Shown here: piece by piece, positions 52,256 through 60,455 of the stretch
Layout of the letters: every line of letters begins with the position of its first letter
Numbering within the stretch: the stretch's first letter is position 1
Source of the DNA: Candidatus Eiseniibacteriota bacterium
GTDB lineage: Bacteria > Eisenbacteria > RBG-16-71-46
Direction: 5' to 3'
NCBI GenBank assembly: GCA_963717505.1
Contig: OY970342.1
Coordinates: 3,168,001 to 3,232,000, forward strand
Length of the DNA stretch: 64,000 nucleotides
Position numbers and translations under genes: made by a program
The notes under the pieces: generated by a model
The model's database searches: none
Told to the model about the DNA's origin: nothing
The model's input: the letters and a program-made list of their open reading frames with translations, nothing else

Positions 52256-54100
52256 GTGTTGCGAACCTCCTTCCCAACGGTGGCTCTGGTCGCGTGCCTG
52301 GGCGCGATGGCGATCGGTGCGCCGCATGGATCGGTGGCCGACACACCCGGGGCTGACGCCTTCGCGGCGATCGAGACCCTCAAGCCCGGCCAGAAGGCGA
52401 TCGTGCGCACGGTGTTCCAGGGCTCGAACATCGAAGAGTTCGAAGCCGAGATCCTGGGCGTGCTCAAGAGCGGACGCGTGGCCGGTGACATGGTGCTGGC
52501 CCGCGCCACGTCGGAGCGCGTGATTCGCACCGGCATCGCCCAGGGCATGAGCGGCTCCCCGGTCTACGTCGATGGCCGACTGGTCGGCGCGTTGTCGAGC
52601 GGCTGGAGTTTCACCCGCGAACCGGTGTTCGGCATCACGCCGATCGGCGAGATGCTGCCGTTGCTCGAGCGCAAGCCTTTGCCGGCGGCGTCGACCGGAG
52701 GGCCCTCGGGAGTGGAAGCCACGTCGCGATCGAGTGGCGCGACCTACTCCGGATTCCGCTGGCCGGGCGACGAAGACGCCGAGTCGGCGCAGGCCCCCGA
52801 CCTGGCGGGGACGCCGCCGCCCAACGGGCTCGCGCCGTTGATCGTGCCGCTCGCCGGCATCGGCCTCGGTCCGGCGGCGCTCGAGTACGCCAATCAGTTG
52901 CTCGCGCGCTATCAGCTGGCGGCAGCACCCGGTGGTCGCGCACAGGCGACGAATCGGGCCCCGGCGCTCGAGCCGGGCTCGGCGCTGGCCGTGGACCTCC
53001 TGCGCGGCGATCTCGAGCTTTCGGCATTCGGCACGGTGACCTGGGTTTCGGGGGACCGCATCCTCGCGTTCGGCCATCCGTTCTTCCAGGCCGGGGACGT
53101 CCGCCTGCCGATGGCGACCGCCGAGATCGCGACCGTGATCGCCAGCGACGCCACGTCCTTCAAGATCGGCCTGCGCGGCGATCCGGTGGGAACCATCGAG
53201 CAGGATCGGCGCGCCGGGATCGCTGGCGTGCTCGGGCCGGGGCCGGCCATGCTCCCGATCGCCGTCCACGTCCGCGGCATCACCGAGCAGGCCCAGCACT
53301 ACCGCTTCGAGAGCATCGAAGATCGCAGTATGGCGCCCTTGCTGGTCGCCATCGCCACGCTCAACAGCGTGCTCGAATCCGGCGGGGCCTCCGGCACGCA
53401 CACCCTGGCGCGCACGCTGACGCTCCATCGCCGCGGGGCCACCCCCCTGGTGCTCGAGGACCGGGTTTCGGCGGAGGCGGCCCCGGCCGCGATGGCCAAC
53501 GGCATCCTCGAGCCCTTGCGCTTTCTCTACGCGAATCCGTTCGAACGTCTCGAGTTGGACAGTATCCGCGTCGACATCGACGCGTCGCCGGGCCGCCGCG
53601 AGTGGACCGTGCGCAACGCGCGCCTGCTGCAGTCCACCGCGCAGCCGGGCGGCGTCGCTCGGGTGCGCTGCGATTTGGATTCGTGGCGCGGTGGCCGCAC
53701 GACCCACGATCTCGAGCTGGCGGTTCCGAAGGAGTTGCCCAATGGCCGCTACATCCTGTGGGTCGGCGGGGCCGACGAGCTGGCGCGCTACGAGGCAACG
53801 CGACTGCCCGGGCGCTATCGACCGATTTCGCTCGATGACGCCTGGCGCCGGCTCGGGGCGATGCGCCCGCGCGACGTGCTGTATGCCGTCCTGTTCGCCT
53901 CGGCCTCCGAGGTGACCAGCGGCGGTCGCGACTATCCCGAGCTGCCGGCTTCGGCGCTGCCGCTGATCGCCGGTGCCACCTCGCGCGGAGATGCCGGCGT
54001 GCGCGGCGAGCTGGCCAGCGTCGACGAGCGGCGCCTGCAGCTCGACGGGCCGGTGCGCGGCCAGATCCTCCTGCCGTTCGACGTGGCGTCCGAGCCGTGA
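52256..54100 (+). CDS. SpoIVB-like peptidase S55 domain protein (exported)
   Basis: GIAQGMSGSPVYVDGRLVGAL (catalytic Ser), GITPIGEM, AFGHPF, GTIEQDRRAGI; preceded by TTGCGC-N18-TATAGT. Confidence 0.88.
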   Translation: MLRTSFPTVALVACLGAMAIGAPHGSVADTPGADAFAAIETLKPGQKAIVRTVFQGSNIEEFEAEILGVLKSGRVAGDMVLARATSERVIRTGIAQGMSGSPVYVDGRLVGALSSGWSFTREPVFGITPIGEMLPLLERKPLPAASTGGPSGVEATSRSSGATYSGFRWPGDEDAESAQAPDLAGTPPPNGLAPLIVPLAGIGLGPAALEYANQLLARYQLAAAPGGRAQATNRAPALEPGSALAVDLLRGDLELSAFGTVTWVSGDRILAFGHPFFQAGDVRLPMATAEIATVIASDATSFKIGLRGDPVGTIEQDRRAGIAGVLGPGPAMLPIAVHVRGITEQAQHYRFESIEDRSMAPLLVAIATLNSVLESGGASGTHTLARTLTLHRRGATPLVLEDRVSAEAAPAAMANGILEPLRFLYANPFERLELDSIRVDIDASPGRREWTVRNARLLQSTAQPGGVARVRCDLDSWRGGRTTHDLELAVPKELPNGRYILWVGGADELARYEATRLPGRYRPISLDDAWRRLGAMRPRDVLYAVLFASASEVTSGGRDYPELPASALPLIAGATSRGDAGVRGELASVDERRLQLDGPVRGQILLPFDVASEP

Positions 54101-56340
54101 ACCCAACCGTCCGTGACTCGAGGAATCCTTCTGTGACCGAATCGCCTGACTTCCCGAACCCGCCGGCCGATCGAACCCGCTCGCTCGCGATGTGGGCCTT
54201 TGCCGCCCTTCTCTGCCTGGCGTCGCCCGCCGTCGCAGCCGAGACCCAGTGGTGGATCCTCGACGATGCCGCGGATCACACCGAGTCGCACACCGAGGGG
54301 ATCGTGGTGACCCCCGAGGGCACGTTGCGCCTGGGGCCGCGCACCTCGAGTCATACCGACGACAGCTTGAGCGTGCTCTGGAGTGCCGCGCGCATGGCGG
54401 ACGGCCGGATCGCGCTGGGCTCCGATCGCGGGCGGATTCGACGGTGGAGCACGCAGCGTGGGATCGAGCCGTGGCTGGAAGTCTCCGCGGGTCAAGTGCT
54501 GGCGCTGGCCGCCGACGGCAAGAGCCTCCTGGCCGGCACCGCACCCGACGGCCTCATCTACCGGATCGGCGAACGCGGCGACACCAGCGTGTTCGCGCGC
54601 ACCGGCGAGCGCTATGTCTGGGCGCTCGCCCCCGGTCGCAACGGCGTCTGGTACGCGGCGACCGGCACCCTCGGACGCGTCCTGCGAATCGAAGGCGGCA
54701 AGACCCGCGTCGTCCTCGACACCGAGGCGAGCAACATCATCGCGCTCATCCCCGACGGATCCGGCGGCGTGTATGCCGGCGGCGACTCGCATGGCCGCGT
54801 CTATCACGTGCGGGCGGATGGCACGACGCGCACGCTGTTCGAGGCCGAAGAGGACGAGATCCGGGCCCTGGCGATCGGCGCGGATGGGGCGCTCTACGCG
54901 GCCGCCCTCAGCTCTTCCGCGGTGACCGGCGCGCTGGCGCCGGCGCCGCCGCCGCCCGGTGGCTCGAGCGCCGAACGCGAGGAACGAGACGACGACGACG
55001 CCGATGCCTCGGACGAGATCAAGCCGACGCGCGCGACGCGCGGCCGGGCCATCGTCTACCGGATCGTTCCCGACAGCACCGCGAGTGCCTACTGGTCCGC
55101 GCCCGCGCCGGTGGTCTACGCCCTGGCGCGCGGCGCCTCCGGGATGATCGCCGCCACCGGCAATCGTGCCGGCGTGTTCACGCTCACCCGGGCGAACGCG
55201 GCGCTCCATTGGTTGTCGGCGCCCCAGGGCCAGATCACCGCGTTGCTGGTCGACGGCAGCAGTGCCGGCGAGCGCGTGTTCGCTGCGGCGTCCAATCCGG
55301 CCGCGGTGTGGACCATCGGACCGGGTCGCGCCGAGCGAGGCGAGCTGATCTCGCCGGTGCTCGATGCTCGGCGCATCGCGCGTCTCGGCAAGGTCGTGGC
55401 GCGCGGGGAGCCGCACGGTGGTCGCATCGAGCTGTCGACCCGCACCGGCAACACTAATCCGCCCGACACCACCTGGTCGACGTGGCGCGCGGTCGGCAAC
55501 GACGGCGCCGCCGGCTCACCGGCCGGCCGCTACGCGCAATGGCGGTTGATCCTGGCCGGCGGTGATCCGGTGGTCGAAGCCGTGGAAGCCTCGTGGCGTG
55601 AGCAGAACCTGGCGCCGCGAGTGAGTGGCATCGTGGTCGCACCCCAGGGCGCCGCGTTCCGCGAGGGCGATCTGACGCCGCGCAGCGAACCGGTCACCCA
55701 GACCCTGCCCGGAGGACAGAAGGTGTCGTACTCGGTTCCGCCCGCCTCGAGTCAACGCGAGTTGCGCGACCTGCCGGCGTGGGCCCGCGGACTCAGGACG
55801 GTGCAGTGGCGCGGTTCCGATCCCAACGGCGACCCCTTGCTCTATCGCGTCGATGTCGCGCCGTCGGCCGAGGGTCCGTGGACCCTGGTGGCCGAAGACC
55901 TCGATCAGTCGGCATTCACCTGGGACACGCAATCGCTGGTCGACGGCCGCTATCGCTTGCGGGTGACGGCGAGCGACCTGCCGGGCAACGCGGTCGGCGA
56001 GGAGCGGGAGGATTTCTCGGTCAGCGCGCCGTTCCACATCGATAACACGGCGCCGTCGGTCACCGAGCTGACCGCCACCGGGGTCGAGCGCGGCATTCGC
56101 GTCACCGGTACCGCACGCGACGGGTCGAGTCCGTTGACCCGCATCGAGGTTGCGGTCGATGACGAGGACTGGCGGGTGATCACGCCGGAGGGCGGCTTCG
56201 CCGACGACCTCGATCTGGTATTTCGCGCCACGGTTCAACCGGTCGAGCCCGGGGATCATTCGGTCGGCGTGCGGGCGGTCGACCGCGCCGGCAACGCCAC
56301 GACTCGCGCCGTGCGGGTCCGCGTCCCCGCGCCGCGCTGA
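54097..56340 (+). CDS. Exported beta-propeller + Ig/FN3-like domain protein (start may be 54133 or 54190)
   Basis: Repeated YVWAL..G..YAATG..GRV blades; TRTGNT.PD.TWS.W; DPNGD.L.Y; WDT...DGRYRLRVTASD; IDNTAP. Confidence 0.78.
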   Translation: MNPTVRDSRNPSVTESPDFPNPPADRTRSLAMWAFAALLCLASPAVAAETQWWILDDAADHTESHTEGIVVTPEGTLRLGPRTSSHTDDSLSVLWSAARMADGRIALGSDRGRIRRWSTQRGIEPWLEVSAGQVLALAADGKSLLAGTAPDGLIYRIGERGDTSVFARTGERYVWALAPGRNGVWYAATGTLGRVLRIEGGKTRVVLDTEASNIIALIPDGSGGVYAGGDSHGRVYHVRADGTTRTLFEAEEDEIRALAIGADGALYAAALSSSAVTGALAPAPPPPGGSSAEREERDDDDADASDEIKPTRATRGRAIVYRIVPDSTASAYWSAPAPVVYALARGASGMIAATGNRAGVFTLTRANAALHWLSAPQGQITALLVDGSSAGERVFAAASNPAAVWTIGPGRAERGELISPVLDARRIARLGKVVARGEPHGGRIELSTRTGNTNPPDTTWSTWRAVGNDGAAGSPAGRYAQWRLILAGGDPVVEAVEASWREQNLAPRVSGIVVAPQGAAFREGDLTPRSEPVTQTLPGGQKVSYSVPPASSQRELRDLPAWARGLRTVQWRGSDPNGDPLLYRVDVAPSAEGPWTLVAEDLDQSAFTWDTQSLVDGRYRLRVTASDLPGNAVGEEREDFSVSAPFHIDNTAPSVTELTATGVERGIRVTGTARDGSSPLTRIEVAVDDEDWRVITPEGGFADDLDLVFRATVQPVEPGDHSVGVRAVDRAGNATTRAVRVRVPAPR

Positions 56341-56348
56341 CCCCACGC

Positions 56349-57668
56349 GTGGGCGAGACTGCCCCCGCGGGCCACACGGCAGAGCCTCCGGCCGCGTTTC
56401 GCCGCGGCGTGGAGTTCGCGCTGCTCGGTGCCGGCATCACTCTGGTCGCCACTTGGCTCGCGGCGATTCCCGACTGGCGCGCGGAGTTGGGTGTGTTCCA
56501 GGCCGCCTACGCGCTCGCCTTCCTCCTCTTCGGAGTGGCGGTCCTGCGCCTGTCACGCTACGAGACCCTGCCGCACGTCGTCCCGGTACTGATCGCGGTC
56601 GCGATCGCGTGTCGCCTGATCCTCTTGACGGCGCCGCCGACCCTGTCCGACGACGTCTATCGCTACCTGTGGGAGGGACGCGTCCTGCTCCATGGCGGCA
56701 ACCCGTGGCGATGGCCACCCGCCGACCCGTCCTTCGCCCCTTTGCGCGACAGCGTGATCCATCCGCGCATCAACCACCCCGAGCTGTCCGCGATCTATCC
56801 GCCCCTCGGGGTGGCGGGCTATGCGCTGGTCGCCGCGATCCAGCCGACGGTGCTGGCCGCCAAGCTGTGGGTGTTGTTGCACGAAGTGGTCTTGATCGCC
56901 GCGTCGATGGCGGCCCTGCGTGCGGCCGGCCTGCCCGCAGCGCGCGTGTTGATCTACGCGTGGTGTCCGCTCGGATTGGTCGAATACGCGGGCACCGGCC
57001 ACAACGACCCGGTGGCCATGGCCTGGCTGGCGTTGGCGCTCGCGACCGCGGGGCGCCGTCCGTCGCTGTCGGCCACGTGCCTGGTCGCCGGCACCATGGT
57101 CAAGCTCGTACCGTTGATCGCGCTGCCGTTCCTCTGGCGCACCTGGCCGGTGCGCGCGCGGGCGCTGGCCACCGTGGGTCTGGCCGCCGGACTCGGCGCC
57201 TACGCGATCGTGACCCGGAGCGCGACCTCGGGGCTCGCGGCCTACTGGCAGCGATGGCGCAACAATGAGTCGGTGTTCGGGCTGCTGGAATCCGCGACCG
57301 GCCGTTTCGACGTGGCGCGCACACTGGCGTTGGTGGCCGTCGCGGCCGTCATGTTCTGGACCTGGCGACGCCACGATACGGCGTCACGATCGGTGCAGTG
57401 GGGTCTGCGTGCGTTGCTGATCACGAGCCCGGTGCTGCATCCGTGGTACTTGGGGTGGAACCTGATGTTCGAACCGTGGTCGCGCTCGGCGCCCTGGCTC
57501 TTGCTTTCATTGCTCGCCGTCCTAAACTACGGCGTGCTCCAGACCCCGTTCGAAGGAAACCGTTTCCACCTGTCGTGGGCGTGGCGCGCGCTCGAGTATG
57601 GCCTGCCGCTGGCGTTGGCCGTGGGTCTGGGCGCGATGCGCCGAACGCGGCCGGCCGGGCGACCATGA
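56349..57668 (+). CDS. GT-C membrane glycosyltransferase (GT87/DUF2029-like)
   Basis: LSDDVYRYLWEG, IYPP, YAW.PL..VE..G.GH.D, HPWY; multiple TM helices. Confidence 0.8.
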   Translation: MGETAPAGHTAEPPAAFRRGVEFALLGAGITLVATWLAAIPDWRAELGVFQAAYALAFLLFGVAVLRLSRYETLPHVVPVLIAVAIACRLILLTAPPTLSDDVYRYLWEGRVLLHGGNPWRWPPADPSFAPLRDSVIHPRINHPELSAIYPPLGVAGYALVAAIQPTVLAAKLWVLLHEVVLIAASMAALRAAGLPAARVLIYAWCPLGLVEYAGTGHNDPVAMAWLALALATAGRRPSLSATCLVAGTMVKLVPLIALPFLWRTWPVRARALATVGLAAGLGAYAIVTRSATSGLAAYWQRWRNNESVFGLLESATGRFDVARTLALVAVAAVMFWTWRRHDTASRSVQWGLRALLITSPVLHPWYLGWNLMFEPWSRSAPWLLLSLLAVLNYGVLQTPFEGNRFHLSWAWRALEYGLPLALAVGLGAMRRTRPAGRP

Positions 57669-59599
57669 ACTGGCGCACCCTGCTCGCCGCCGTCCGCGCC
57701 GAAGCCTCGGGCGAGCGAGCCCTGGCTTCGGTGCACGAGATCGCCGGATTCCATCGGGTTCAGGCGAGCCCCGGCTACGACCAGGCCGCGCGTTGGCTCG
57801 AGGGCCAGCTGGCCGCCGCTGGACTCGAACCCGAGATCGAGTCGGTGGCCTCCGATGGTCGCCGCCGTCACCTCGGCCAGCTGATGCCCGAAGGCTGGGA
57901 GTGCACGCACGCCGAGGCCACTTTGATCGGACGTGACGGACGGCGGCGCCTGTGCGACTACGCGGACGTCAAACTGTCGTTGGTGCTGCGCAGCGAACCG
58001 GCGCGCGGAACCTTCCCGATCGTCGGGGTCGGCGACGGTGTCGAGCCCGAGCACTACGCAGGTGTCGACGTGCGCGGCGCGGTGGTGTTCGCGCGCGGCG
58101 CCGTCCACCGGGTCCACCAGTTGGCGGTGATCGAACGCGGTGCCGCCGGAATCCTGACCGACGGACGGCGCTTGTTTCCACCGGTCCGTGCCGCGGACAC
58201 CGATCCCGACCAGGTCGCCTACACGTCGTTCTGGTGGGGTGGGGATCAGCCCCGCGGCTGGGGTTTCGTGATCAGTCCGCGCGAGGGCGCGGCATTGCGC
58301 GCGCGCCTGGCGAGCGGCGAACTCCTGCAACTCGAGGTGGCGATCGACAGCCGCCGCTTTCCGACCTCGATTCCGATCGTGTCGGCCGTACTCCCGGGTT
58401 CGGAGGCGGGCGAGGTCTTGGTGGTTTCGCATCTGTGCCACCCGCAACCGAGCGCCAACGACAACGCTTCGGGGGCAGCGGCGACGCTGGAGACCGCCCG
58501 CGTCCTCACTCGGTTGATCGAGTCGGGCGCGTGGCGGCCACGGCGCTCGGTGCGCTTCTTGTGGATTCCGGAGTTCACCGGCACCTACGCGTGGCTCGAC
58601 GGGGACCCCGCCCGGGCCGGCCGGATCGTGGCGGCGCTCAATCTCGACATGGTGGGGGAGGACCAGGAGCAATGCGGCAGCTCACTGCTCATCGAATCCC
58701 CGCCGGCATTCGTCGCGAGTTTCGCCGAGCACGTGCTCGCCGACATTCGGCAAGCGGCCGACGACACCGTCGGCTCCTACACCGGACCCGGGCGCTACGG
58801 CCTGACGCGAATGTCGACCGTCCCGTACGCCGGCGGCAGCGACCACGCCGTGTTCAGCGACCCCGGGATCGGCGTGCCGTGCCCGATGCTCATTCAGTGG
58901 CCCGATCGCTACTATCACTCCTCGCACGACACTCCGGATCGGACGGATCCACGTTCGCTGGCGCTCGCCGTGCGTTGCGCCGCGACCTTCGCAGGAACGC
59001 TGGCCGCCGCCGATGCGGACGATGTCGAGGCGATCGCGGCCGCGGTCGCGCGCCGCGTGCGCGCCGCGGTGCTGTCGGCCCTCGGCGCCGCGGAGCCCGA
59101 TCGCGAAGTCGCGCGGGCGGTACTGGCCGGCGACTCGGCGATCGCGAGTCTGGCGCGCCTCGGCCGAGCACCCCAGTCGGTGGCCGGCGACCGGGATCGC
59201 TTCCTGGAGTTCGTGGCCCGCGAGACGTCGTGGCGACCCGAGCCCGAGCCGGACTCCGCGGGACGCGTGCCGGTGCGCCGCTGGCGAGCGCCGCTCCACT
59301 TCCATCGTCACTTGATCGAAGGCTACGACGCGCTGCCGGCGAACGATCGTGAACGCCTGCGGCTCCTCGATCGCGACACGCCGGACGCTCACGTCGTGTT
59401 CGAGCTCACGTGGTTCCTGTCCGACGGACGGCGCGACCTCGATGCCGTCGCGCGGGCGGTAGCGATCGAAACCGGAAGCGATGCACGAGCCGCGATCGAG
59501 TCCTTCTTGGGGATTCTCGAGCGCCTGGGCGTGGTCGCCTGGCCAGAATCCCCGCAGGACCGCTGGAATCCCACCCCGCCGGCGGCAGCGGCGCGCTGA
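57665..59599 (+). CDS. DUF4910 / M28-family metallopeptidase with PA domain
   Basis: HRVQASPG, SHLCHP..SANDNASG, WIPEFTGT, NLDMVG, GGSDH, WPDRYYHSSHD; C-terminal winged-helix-like region. Confidence 0.85.
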   Translation: MNWRTLLAAVRAEASGERALASVHEIAGFHRVQASPGYDQAARWLEGQLAAAGLEPEIESVASDGRRRHLGQLMPEGWECTHAEATLIGRDGRRRLCDYADVKLSLVLRSEPARGTFPIVGVGDGVEPEHYAGVDVRGAVVFARGAVHRVHQLAVIERGAAGILTDGRRLFPPVRAADTDPDQVAYTSFWWGGDQPRGWGFVISPREGAALRARLASGELLQLEVAIDSRRFPTSIPIVSAVLPGSEAGEVLVVSHLCHPQPSANDNASGAAATLETARVLTRLIESGAWRPRRSVRFLWIPEFTGTYAWLDGDPARAGRIVAALNLDMVGEDQEQCGSSLLIESPPAFVASFAEHVLADIRQAADDTVGSYTGPGRYGLTRMSTVPYAGGSDHAVFSDPGIGVPCPMLIQWPDRYYHSSHDTPDRTDPRSLALAVRCAATFAGTLAAADADDVEAIAAAVARRVRAAVLSALGAAEPDREVARAVLAGDSAIASLARLGRAPQSVAGDRDRFLEFVARETSWRPEPEPDSAGRVPVRRWRAPLHFHRHLIEGYDALPANDRERLRLLDRDTPDAHVVFELTWFLSDGRRDLDAVARAVAIETGSDARAAIESFLGILERLGVVAWPESPQDRWNPTPPAAAAR

Positions 59600-59703
59600 A
59601 CTCTGGGCCGCCGGTTCACCATTTGAAAAATCCTGGGCTCGATCCACGGGCCGCATCCACCGGAGCCACAAACGGCTGCTATACTGCCCGGCCGCTCAGC
59701 GGA

Positions 59704-60453
59704 TCACGAACCGAGCATGGCCACCGCCCACTGGCGGCCCGTGCGCGGGCCGTCCCCGCGGTGCGAGAAATAGCGGCCGGACACGCAGCGGGTGCATTCG
59801 CCGACATCGGCGATGTCGCCGGGCTGGATGCCGGCCGCGATCAGTTGATCGCGGGCGACCGCAGCCAGGTCGAGGTGCGTGCGTCCCGAGGCGGTCCTGA
59901 GTGCGGCGCCGGGAAACCGGCTCGCGACCTCGGGGCCGACCTCGTAGCAGCACACGCGAATGCAGGGACCGATCCAGGCCTCGATCCGAGGGGAAGGCGG
60001 CGAAACAGCGGCATGCAGTGCGCGCACCGTTTCGTTCAGGACTCCGGTGGCCAGCCCGCGCCAGCCGGCGTGGGCGGCGCCGACCGCGCCATCGGTAGCC
60101 AACAGGACGGGCACGCAGTCGGCGATGGTGATCGCAATCGGGAGATCGGGCACGGTCGTGACCAGCGCGTCGCATTCGGGGTGCAATCCGTCCGCGGTTG
60201 CGCGGGACACCGAGGCGCCATGGACCTGCCCGGCGGTGGCCACCCGCCCCGCGCTTCCCAGTCGAGCCAGAATGCGACGCCGATTCTCGGTCACGGATTC
60301 GGGCGCATCCGCGGTCGAGCGTCCGACGTTGAGTGTGTCGAAGGGCGGCGCACTGACGCCGCCGAGGCGCGTACTGAACAGCAGGAACGAACGGTTCGAC
60401 CGGGCGGCCCAGCAAGGCGGGCCCGGATCGGACTCATAGGCGAGAAGGGTCAC
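59704..60453 (-). CDS. pgeF: Peptidoglycan editing factor / purine nucleoside phosphorylase YfiH (laccase domain)
   Basis: STRLGGVS..PF.TLN, QVHG, ADCVPVL, AHAGWRG, IGPCI..CCYEVG, FSHR; start uncertain. Confidence 0.92.
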   Translation of the reverse strand: MTLLAYESDPGPPCWAARSNRSFLLFSTRLGGVSAPPFDTLNVGRSTADAPESVTENRRRILARLGSAGRVATAGQVHGASVSRATADGLHPECDALVTTVPDLPIAITIADCVPVLLATDGAVGAAHAGWRGLATGVLNETVRALHAAVSPPSPRIEAWIGPCIRVCCYEVGPEVASRFPGAALRTASGRTHLDLAAVARDQLIAAGIQPGDIADVGECTRCVSGRYFSHRGDGPRTGRQWAVAMLGS

Positions 60454-60455
60454 CG

